In this document: positions 18,035-25,550 of the stretch, one piece after another
Position numbering within the stretch: position 1 is the first letter of the stretch
Layout of the letters: each line of letters starts with the position of its first letter
NCBI GenBank assembly: GCA_003229495.1
Contig: QIEB01000489.1
Coordinates: forward strand, 1 to 39,277
DNA from: Flammeovirgaceae bacterium
GTDB taxonomy: Bacteria > Bacteroidota > Bacteroidia > Cytophagales > Cyclobacteriaceae
DNA: 39,277 nucleotides
Direction: 5' to 3'
Program-made: the position numbers and the translations under genes
Notes under the pieces: generated by a model
The model's database searches: none
Told to the model about the DNA's origin: nothing
What the model saw: the letters and a program-made list of their open reading frames with translations, nothing else

Positions 18035-20029
18035 TTAATGGGTTTCTTGATTTTTAAATTTAGAAATCAGTGTCTTAAATTCATCATCATTTCTTATGGA
18101 ATGATAGTGTGGGATTGATTCAATTAGATCAAAGTTGCTATAACCAGCCTTAAATGCTTTCTCAAGTTCAGTCAAAGCCAGTTCTTTTTCACCTTGCTCT
18201 GCATATACAAAACTCATCTTAACGTTTATATCAGGGGTATCACTTAATTTGTCAGCCTGCTGAAACATTTCCATTGCCAGGTCATAATCGCCTTGGGTTA
18301 GTTGGATTGAACCAATACTAAGGTAGGGATATAGCCAATTTGGATTTAATTCAATACAATATTGATATGCTTTTATGGCTTCAGCAAATTGTTCCTTTAG
18401 CCACAATGCTGCCCCCAGGTTCAGATATGACCATATGTAAGTGGGTTGTTGTTTGATAGCCATTCGTGCTGCGTACTCAGCACCGTCTAGATCGATGGGA
18501 TCAGAAATTCGGCAGGTATACGAAAGGTGGCACCATCCGATTGGATTGTCTGGTTTACTGTCAAGGCTTACTCTGTATGACTTAATAGCCTCTTCATGTC
18601 TTCCTGAATATGTAAAAAACTCAGCTAATGCCAGGTGACCCTCTGGTAAATTGCCATCAAGTTTTAGTGCCTGCCGGGCCAAGTTCTCTGCCCGCTCCAA
18701 ACGATCATATTCTTTCTGATATCCGTAAAAATAGTGGAGTGATTCGACTATAGAAAGTCCGGCGTAAGCCTTTGCGTAAGAAGAATCCTGGGCCAGAGCT
18801 TCTTCAAAATGTTGCTTGGCGGCATCCAGTTTCTCACTTGAAGGCTGAAGGTTACTATGTAAGGATTCCAACAACATCCAGCCTTTTAAATAAGCGTTAT
18901 ACGCCTGATTATTGTCCGTATATCGCTTTTGGATTGCCACAACTTCTTCAGCACCTAAGTCTAGTTGCAATTCTTCCGCAATACTCAATGCTGCCCTATC
19001 TTGGGCTTCAAGGGCCCCTTCCAAATTTCCGTCAAAGTCATATGAGGCTAGCTCAAAACCTGTAGCGGCTTCAATTAGCTGGGCATTGATCCTGACTTTA
19101 TTTCCAAATTTTCGAACACTGCCATCTATCAAGTATTCAACACCCAATTCCTTAGCAATTTCCGCCGGGGATAAGGTTGATCCTTTGAATCGAAGACATG
19201 CCAACCTGGAGGTCAGCCTTAAATTCTGTATTCTGGATAGACGATTGCAAAGTTCCTGTGTCATGCCATCGCTGAAATATTCATTGTCAGGATCAGGGCT
19301 CATGTTGACAAACGGCAGCACGGCAATCGACCTTTCTTTACTCGCAAAATCATCACCTGAAACTAGTTGCTGTAGATTTGGCACGTAGGCAAAGAAATAC
19401 CATATTGCCAGTACCACTGCCAATGCAGTAATAGTGAAGTAGGCCATTTTTGATTTAAGCCTTCTAGCACCTCCCTCTTTAGAAGTCGGGGACATGGACT
19501 TTGGCAGTAAGGTTTGAGCTGGAGAAGGAAGATTTCCTCCCTGTAGGGCATAAGTACGAACCCCATAGTCGACGTTTTTCAGTTGCTGTTCTCCCAGGTA
19601 ATATGTTTCAATTTTTGATTGACCGCGAATGGCCTTTTCTATGGCGTCTGAAATGTAAATCCCTCCGGGATCAGTGATAGATTCCAAGCGTGACGCCACG
19701 TTAACTCCGTCACCATAGACATCCTCATTCTCGACAGTGACATCTCCCAGGTGAATTCCGATACGAAGTTTACCATCGAATTTCACACCGGCAGTTTTTT
19801 GAATATCTACCGCACAATTTACCGCATCTAAGGCTGTACTGAACTTTACCAGCACTCCGTCGCCCATTTCTTTGAGCCATTGTCCGTTATACCTTTCCAC
19901 CAGGGGCTTTTGTATTTCCTTACTGATGTGGATTAACTCCAGGGCCTTGGCAGAGTCCCGGCCCATCAAAGCAGTGTACCCGACGATGTCGGTAAACATG
20001 ATGGCGGCTAATTGACGAGAAGTTGTCAT
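18035..20029 (-). CDS. class III adenylate/guanylate cyclase fused to a TM helix, a TolB-N-like domain and TPR repeats
   Basis: N-terminal CHD (AAIMFTDIVGYTALM, EMGDGVLV, GDGVNVASRLES). TM helix (AYFTITALAVVLAIWYFFAYV). Then SIAVLPFVNMSPDPDNEYFSDGMTQEL...YLIDGSV, a TolB-like pattern. The C-terminal half is TPR-like. Confidence 0.85.
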   Translation of the reverse strand: MTTSRQLAAIMFTDIVGYTALMGRDSAKALELIHISKEIQKPLVERYNGQWLKEMGDGVLVKFSTALDAVNCAVDIQKTAGVKFDGKLRIGIHLGDVTVENEDVYGDGVNVASRLESITDPGGIYISDAIEKAIRGQSKIETYYLGEQQLKNVDYGVRTYALQGGNLPSPAQTLLPKSMSPTSKEGGARRLKSKMAYFTITALAVVLAIWYFFAYVPNLQQLVSGDDFASKERSIAVLPFVNMSPDPDNEYFSDGMTQELCNRLSRIQNLRLTSRLACLRFKGSTLSPAEIAKELGVEYLIDGSVRKFGNKVRINAQLIEAATGFELASYDFDGNLEGALEAQDRAALSIAEELQLDLGAEEVVAIQKRYTDNNQAYNAYLKGWMLLESLHSNLQPSSEKLDAAKQHFEEALAQDSSYAKAYAGLSIVESLHYFYGYQKEYDRLERAENLARQALKLDGNLPEGHLALAEFFTYSGRHEEAIKSYRVSLDSKPDNPIGWCHLSYTCRISDPIDLDGAEYAARMAIKQQPTYIWSYLNLGAALWLKEQFAEAIKAYQYCIELNPNWLYPYLSIGSIQLTQGDYDLAMEMFQQADKLSDTPDINVKMSFVYAEQGEKELALTELEKAFKAGYSNFDLIESIPHYHSIRNDDEFKTLISKFKNQETH

Positions 20030-20105
20030 TACTAGAAATTACCAAATTCAAATTACAAAAAAGCTGCTTAAAAAATGTCGATAAAAGGTAGCAACTTCAG
20101 GAAGT

Positions 20106-20142
20106 TTGGAAATTGGAAATTGGTTCTTTGGAACTTAATTGG
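20106..20142. repeat. stutter repeat (TTGGAAA / TTGG words)
   Basis: ttggaaattggaaattggttctttggaacttaattgg, followed by ttggtgctt, which also occurs at 25512-25520. Confidence 0.6.
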
Positions 20143-20168
20143 TGCTTATCATTTGTTTTTTGGAATTT

Positions 20169-20189
20169 GCCAGTAGGCCACCTACTGGC
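20169..20189. promoter_or_regulatory. perfect 9-bp-arm palindrome in a divergent promoter region (possible operator)
   Basis: gccagtagg-cca-cctactggc. It lies between the cyclase start (20029, minus) and the DUF2270 start (20245, plus). No flanking T-tract, so it is not a terminator. Confidence 0.4.
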
Positions 20190-20244
20190 TAGAATTGCAA
20201 TTCGTCCTTTTTATCCATAACTTATATTCAGCTCCAAATCTACC

Positions 20245-20910
20245 ATGAAAGCCGAATCTGATAGTCCGAGTTCTACCGAATACATAACTGCTCTTTGTCA
20301 TTACTACCGCGCGGAAATGGACCGTGCAAACACCTGGCGAACCAGATTGGATGTAACCACTAATTGGGCTATTGTCACTACCGCGGCCTTCTTGTCTGTG
20401 GCCTTTGGAGGGCCCAAGATCCCACATTTTGTAATTATTCTGGCTACTATTTTCGTGCTATTCTTCTTGATCATTGAATCTCGCCGCTATAAATATTTTG
20501 ATCTTTGGCGTTGGCGCATCGCATTGCTCAATGAAAACTTCTTCGCCAACCTCATATCACCGGAAACAGCCCCAATGCATTCAAACTGGAAGGAACTGCT
20601 TAGCTCGGAACTAAAAAATTCCAGTTTCAAGATCTCATTTATGGAGGCTTTCGGACGGCGTTTGAGACGGAATTATAGTTGGATCTTTATGGTATTGGCC
20701 AGTTGCTGGTTTGCAAAGATCGTAATACATCCCACTCCCATGCACCACTTCTCCGAAATCTTTCAACGGGCTACTGTTTTTGACCTGGTACCTGGCTGGG
20801 TGGTATTAACTATTGGGATCATCTTTAACTCCGCTTTGATTGTCATTGCGTTCAGCACCCTGAAAAAAAGAAAAGTGGAAGTTCAGATCAAACCTTCAGG
20901 TAAAACCTAG
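20245..20910 (+). CDS. DUF2270-like integral membrane protein
   Basis: 221 aa. YYRAEMDRANTWRTRLDVTTNWAIVTTAAFLSVAF is followed by further TM segments. Family assignment is from memory of the DUF2270 N-terminal pattern. Confidence 0.5.
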   Translation: MKAESDSPSSTEYITALCHYYRAEMDRANTWRTRLDVTTNWAIVTTAAFLSVAFGGPKIPHFVIILATIFVLFFLIIESRRYKYFDLWRWRIALLNENFFANLISPETAPMHSNWKELLSSELKNSSFKISFMEAFGRRLRRNYSWIFMVLASCWFAKIVIHPTPMHHFSEIFQRATVFDLVPGWVVLTIGIIFNSALIVIAFSTLKKRKVEVQIKPSGKT

Positions 20911-21114
20911 CTTCACTTGTTTGGGGCTGGTCCAAAGGACCTCCTTTGTGGGAGAATTGGCACTTGTTAAATTATTTGAAGTTTTGAAAATTTGTATTTT
21001 GTTTTACAATCTCTTAAGAATATATTTTTGGCTAATTGAGCCAGTATTGCATTGATCATCAATAATTTATACATTGATCGACCAGAAATCATTATTCCAC
21101 CAAAGACAATCGAT

Positions 21115-22272
21115 ATGCCCCACCATGCCGTAACCACCGCCACCGCTCTTGGCCCTCAAATTATCCAATTAAGATCAGAAACTGAAGCCCAGCGTCAGCT
21201 ACCCAAGTCAATCATTTCCGCATTGGTTGAATCCAATCTATTTCGTCAGGTGATAACTACGGACATAGGTGGACTGGAATTAGATCCGGTAGTGTCCCTG
21301 GAAGTTTACGAAGCTTTGGCCAAATCTGAGGCGTCCGTTGGATGGGCTGTCTGGAACAGTTCCCTTCCATGTCTTTTAAGCAGGTTCCTATCAGATTCAG
21401 TGCGAAAAGAGATCTTTGGAGACCCCACTTTAACGTATACCAGTTCCACCCGTCCAACCGGTAGGGCTTCCATGGAAAATGACAGTTTCAGGATTTCCGG
21501 ACACTGGTCGTTGGTATCGGGCTGTATGCATGCGGACTGGATTGGTTTCATGTGCATGGTGGAGAAAGACGGCGAGATACAGATGGCCGAACAAGGTGGG
21601 CCACAAATGCTCATGGCATTCATTCCGTCAGGTTCGTATGAAATTATAGATACCTGGCATGTTGGTGGTTTGCGGGGTACTGGTAGTCATGACATCACGG
21701 TTGATGATTTAATGGTTCCTATGGGGAAAACCTTTTCTCCTATGGGTCCCAGCCAACTCGATCGGCCTATTGGGCGCATTCCAATTGGCTGCACCATGTC
21801 AGCTGGACATGCGGCGATCTGTTTGGGAATTGCGCAAGCAGCATTGGAATCAGTGATCGATCTTGCACGAAGCAAGATCACCGTTGACCCGGTCCCTGGT
21901 CTTCCAGACCGTGCATCAAATCAATTTCTGGTGGCTGAGGCAGCTACCAAAATAGCTGCCCTGCGGGCTCATTTACATCTGACATTAGGCAGCCTCTGGA
22001 AAATCTGTCAATCCGGATCGGAGTGGACGCCTGACGACCTTGCACAGGTATGGAGTGCAGCCGTAACTACCGGGAGGGAATGTCGGTCACTGGTCTCTGC
22101 TTTGTATGAAGTCGCCGGCAGTCCCGCGCTGTACCAGGATTTTTCACTTGAGCGGTGTCACCGTGACATTCATGCTGCCATGCAGCACGTGGTAATCCAG
22201 CGCCTATGGCTGGAGGAAGCCGGCAAGGTCAAATTTGGTATGGACCCCACAAATCCGCTTTTTGCATGGTGA
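21115..22272 (+). CDS. acyl-CoA dehydrogenase type-2 family flavoenzyme (DszC/SfnB/HpaH-C2-like monooxygenase class)
   Basis: WHVGGLRGTGSHDITVDDLMVP and the overall length fit the ACAD type-2 fold. The start is taken at ATG 21115 rather than the upstream TTG at 21052. Confidence 0.7.
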   Translation: MPHHAVTTATALGPQIIQLRSETEAQRQLPKSIISALVESNLFRQVITTDIGGLELDPVVSLEVYEALAKSEASVGWAVWNSSLPCLLSRFLSDSVRKEIFGDPTLTYTSSTRPTGRASMENDSFRISGHWSLVSGCMHADWIGFMCMVEKDGEIQMAEQGGPQMLMAFIPSGSYEIIDTWHVGGLRGTGSHDITVDDLMVPMGKTFSPMGPSQLDRPIGRIPIGCTMSAGHAAICLGIAQAALESVIDLARSKITVDPVPGLPDRASNQFLVAEAATKIAALRAHLHLTLGSLWKICQSGSEWTPDDLAQVWSAAVTTGRECRSLVSALYEVAGSPALYQDFSLERCHRDIHAAMQHVVIQRLWLEEAGKVKFGMDPTNPLFAW

Positions 22273-22583
22273 GTTGATTCAAAGAAAAATGGGTGGTAAC
22301 CTATAAAGCCCCTGGTTCTTCAAATTGGCTATGTGCTCCCGTTCCACTGCAATCTTTTTGGAAGCCCGATCGCAAAATTGCTTCGAATCCCGGGTCTCCC
22401 CACAGACTCTCAAAATGTGGATCATAATGAGCAAAATCAGGTAGCCCGACCGGGAATTGCTACCTTGTTTACTCACTTTTGTTAAACAAGTTCAGAATAG
22501 ATATTTTTTTCTTAGATTCACCGGGCCGATTTAACTCGGGCTTGATACCAAATTATTTCGTATCTCCAAAGAATGCTAAGAAA

Positions 22584-24128
22584 ATGAAAAACTGTTTTGT
22601 CCGGATACTTTCGGCTCTACTAATATTTAGCTTGGCGGGTTGCCAAAAGGAGCAACCCACCGAAACACCGCCTGAAACACCTCAACAAAATCGTAATTTA
22701 CCTGGACTGGGTCTCCCCAGAGGTCTACTTAGAAACACCCCGAAAGCCACACCGGGATATATTTATTTCTCCCCATTGCTGTCCGGTACTACCTACCTGA
22801 TTAACCTCAACGGTCAGGTTGTACACACCTGGGAAAGTGACTACGGTCCCTCAGGTTGGGTATACCTGAAGGAAAATGGTAACCTGGCCCGCGGCGGCAG
22901 AGACCCGGAAACGCCGCTGTTCGACGGCGGCGGCCAGGGAGGATGGCTCCAGGAATTTACCTGGGACGGTGAATTGGTTTGGGGGTACAAATTTTCTTCC
23001 ACCGAATACCTGACACATCATGATGTAGCTATTATGCCCAATGGGAATTACCTGGCCATAGCCTGGGAAGCAAAAACTCCGGAGGAGGCCATTACGGCAG
23101 GCAGGAATCCGGAGAATATTCCCCAGGCTGGCCTATGGCCGGATTGGGTTATTGAGCTTGAGCCAAGAGGATCAAACGATGCTGTTATTGTTTGGCAATG
23201 GCACATTTGGGACCATCTTGTTCAGGATTATGACGATTCCAAAATAAACTACGGCGACGTTTCGGAACACCCTGAATTATTGGATATTAATCTTATTGGG
23301 GTACCCGATCCCGTCACCGAAGAGGAGCTAAATGAACGAAGAGCAGGCAACAACGCAAATATTAATGACACTCCCCAGAACCAAGGATCGGATATGTATC
23401 ATACCAATGCCATAAATTATAATGCCCGTCTTGATCAAATTGTATTGAGTTCACCGGGTTTAGACGAAATAATGATTATTGATCACGGTACCACCACTGA
23501 AGAAGCTGGGGGACATAGAGGAGGAAGGTGGGGAAAAGGAGGAGATATTCTCTACCGGTGGGGTAATCCTGAAAATTATTATGCTGGAGACTCAACTGAC
23601 CAGAAATTGGGAGGCCAGCATGATGTCAAGTGGATTGTGACCGGGTTACCGGGAGCAGGTAATCTCATGGTATTCAATAATAACGTACCCTACGCCGAAC
23701 CTGGCTATTCATCCGTGTTGGAACTTAAAACTCCTTTGACAGATTCAGGCTATTTACTGGGTGAAAGCGGACAGTTTGGTCCCGAAGAACCTAAATGGAG
23801 CTACGTGGCCCTGGACACTCTATCCTTTTACAGCCCGTTCATATCCGGATCACACCGCATGGCCAATGGGAATACTTTTATCACTGAGGGTGCCAGAGGC
23901 CGTTTCTTCGAAGTGAATGCCAAAAGAGAGGTGCTTTGGGAATACATGACCCCGTATGCTGGTTATATCCGTATGGCTGATGGAACCACTCCTCAACCGA
24001 TCGGGCCATTTGAGTACGGCACGTTCCGGGCTACCCACATACCTGTTGACCACCCTGCAGTGGCAAGCAAGATACTTGAGCCACTGGATCCTCAACCGGA
24101 AGTATATAAATTAAAAAAGATCAATTAA
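22584..24128 (+). CDS. arylsulfotransferase (ASST)-like beta-propeller lipoprotein
   Basis: Lipoprotein signal MKNCFVRILSALLIFSLAGC. Repeated W/G-rich blades (HTWESDYGPSGW..., LVWGY..., HHDVAIMPNGN..., HTNAINYN..., QHDVKW...) resemble the ASST / Arylsulfotran_2 family. The start is moved to ATG 22584. Confidence 0.55.
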   Translation: MKNCFVRILSALLIFSLAGCQKEQPTETPPETPQQNRNLPGLGLPRGLLRNTPKATPGYIYFSPLLSGTTYLINLNGQVVHTWESDYGPSGWVYLKENGNLARGGRDPETPLFDGGGQGGWLQEFTWDGELVWGYKFSSTEYLTHHDVAIMPNGNYLAIAWEAKTPEEAITAGRNPENIPQAGLWPDWVIELEPRGSNDAVIVWQWHIWDHLVQDYDDSKINYGDVSEHPELLDINLIGVPDPVTEEELNERRAGNNANINDTPQNQGSDMYHTNAINYNARLDQIVLSSPGLDEIMIIDHGTTTEEAGGHRGGRWGKGGDILYRWGNPENYYAGDSTDQKLGGQHDVKWIVTGLPGAGNLMVFNNNVPYAEPGYSSVLELKTPLTDSGYLLGESGQFGPEEPKWSYVALDTLSFYSPFISGSHRMANGNTFITEGARGRFFEVNAKREVLWEYMTPYAGYIRMADGTTPQPIGPFEYGTFRATHIPVDHPAVASKILEPLDPQPEVYKLKKIN

Positions 24129-24137
24129 TAATTCTCA

Positions 24138-25451
24138 ATGAAGAGAGCACTTCCAATTATGAAAAACGTAGTCACCCTGATACTGATCACATTGGTATTT
24201 ACGGCCAATGGTCAAACTAAATCCAGCCAAAAATCCGCGCCGCTTACTCCGGCATCCCCGGAAAGTGTTGGTATGTCTTCCGAACGGCTGGATCGAATCG
24301 ATGCCATGTGTCAGGAAGCAGTGAAAAGTGGTGATCTGCCAGGAATTGTAGCATTGGTTGCCAGAAAGGGGAAAATTGTATTTCACCAGGCCTACGGTAT
24401 GGCGGACAATTCATCGGGAAGAAAAATGAATGAAGATGATATCTTTAGAATTGCTTCTCAGTCAAAGGCCATTACCTCCACAGCAGTAATGATGCTATGG
24501 GAAGAGGGCAAATTTCAACTGGATGATCCAATTTCAAAATTCATTCCAGAGTTTAAAAATCCACAGGTATTGCAGTCATATAAGTATAATGACACCAGCT
24601 ATACTACCATTACTGCGGATAAGGAAATTACCATTCGACATCTGCTCACTCATACATCCGGTTTGGGTTACGGAGTAATTGACGGAGATGAACGATTTAA
24701 AATGATTTATGAGAAAGCAGGTATTACTGATCTTTTTACTACTCAACCAATCACTGTTGAACAAAGTGTGAAAAAGTTGGCCAAATTGCCATTACATCAT
24801 CACCCTGGAGAAAAGTTTACTTATAGTGAAGGACTTGATGTGTTGGGATACTTTATCGAAATAATATCAGGGGTGCCATTTGATGAATTCCTTAGAAAAA
24901 GATTGTTTGATCCCTTAGGCATGGATGACAGCTGGTTCTATCTGCCTAGTTCTAAGGCAGACCGTCTGGTTAGCGTTCAAAAGAAAGAAGATGATAAATG
25001 GGTGAAATACCCGGTTACTTTTTATGACACTGATTATCCCTTAAAAGGCTCCAAGACCTTTTTCTCCGGAGGAGCCGGTCTATCCAGCACTGCAAAAGAT
25101 TATGCTATCTTCCTTCAGATGTACCTGAATGGAGGTGAATTGAATGGAGTAAGGATTCTTAGCCGCACTACCATTAAGTCGATCATGGGAAATCAAACAG
25201 CAGATCTATTCAGTGGTGGGGTTAATAGCTACTACGGACTTGCTTTTGGGGTTGTAACAAAAGCGGGGCAAGACCAGGCTGGCGTGGGCAGTGTAGGTAC
25301 ATTTGAATGGGGAGGATATTTTAACACACAGTATTTCGCCGACCCGGAAGAACAAACCATTGGCATCCTTATGAAGCAAACCCAAGGACCTGTTCAGGAC
25401 GAAACAGGTTGGAAATTCAGAATGTTGGTAGGTCAGGCAATTGATGATTAA
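24138..25451 (+). CDS. secreted serine hydrolase of the beta-lactamase / PBP4-like (class C fold) family
   Basis: Signal peptide, S-x-x-K motif (ASQSKAITS), LLTHTSGL, and a family-typical length of 437 aa. It starts 9 nt after the ASST-like gene. Confidence 0.8.
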   Translation: MKRALPIMKNVVTLILITLVFTANGQTKSSQKSAPLTPASPESVGMSSERLDRIDAMCQEAVKSGDLPGIVALVARKGKIVFHQAYGMADNSSGRKMNEDDIFRIASQSKAITSTAVMMLWEEGKFQLDDPISKFIPEFKNPQVLQSYKYNDTSYTTITADKEITIRHLLTHTSGLGYGVIDGDERFKMIYEKAGITDLFTTQPITVEQSVKKLAKLPLHHHPGEKFTYSEGLDVLGYFIEIISGVPFDEFLRKRLFDPLGMDDSWFYLPSSKADRLVSVQKKEDDKWVKYPVTFYDTDYPLKGSKTFFSGGAGLSSTAKDYAIFLQMYLNGGELNGVRILSRTTIKSIMGNQTADLFSGGVNSYYGLAFGVVTKAGQDQAGVGSVGTFEWGGYFNTQYFADPEEQTIGILMKQTQGPVQDETGWKFRMLVGQAIDD

Positions 25452-25500
25452 TAGTTATGAGGTATGAGCTCACTTGACTTAGGAATTTGTTATTTAAAGC

Positions 25501-25543
25501 TTGTAATTTTTTTGGTGCTTGGATTTTGGGATTTGTAATTTTT
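25501..25543. repeat. stutter repeat (TTGTAATTTTT / TTGGGATTT words)
   Basis: ttgtaatttttttggtgcttggattttgggatttgtaattttt, in the convergent spacer between the hydrolase and DUF5916 genes. Confidence 0.6.
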
Positions 25544-25550
25544 ATTTTCT

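Noticed and set aside
20182-20427. 81-aa minus-strand ORF overlapping the DUF2270 5' end.
   Set aside because: It is fully antisense to a better-supported membrane-protein gene. The sequence is compositionally odd and has no recognisable motif.
18035-20910. Cyclase plus adjacent membrane protein as a Pycsar/CBASS-like cyclic-nucleotide defence pair.
   Set aside because: The cyclase is a large receptor-type protein (TM + TolB-like + TPR), not a compact PycC or CD-NTase. The neighbour is divergently transcribed and shows no cNMP-binding, TIR, or effector-like domain beyond plain TM helices. Nothing else nearby looks defence-related.
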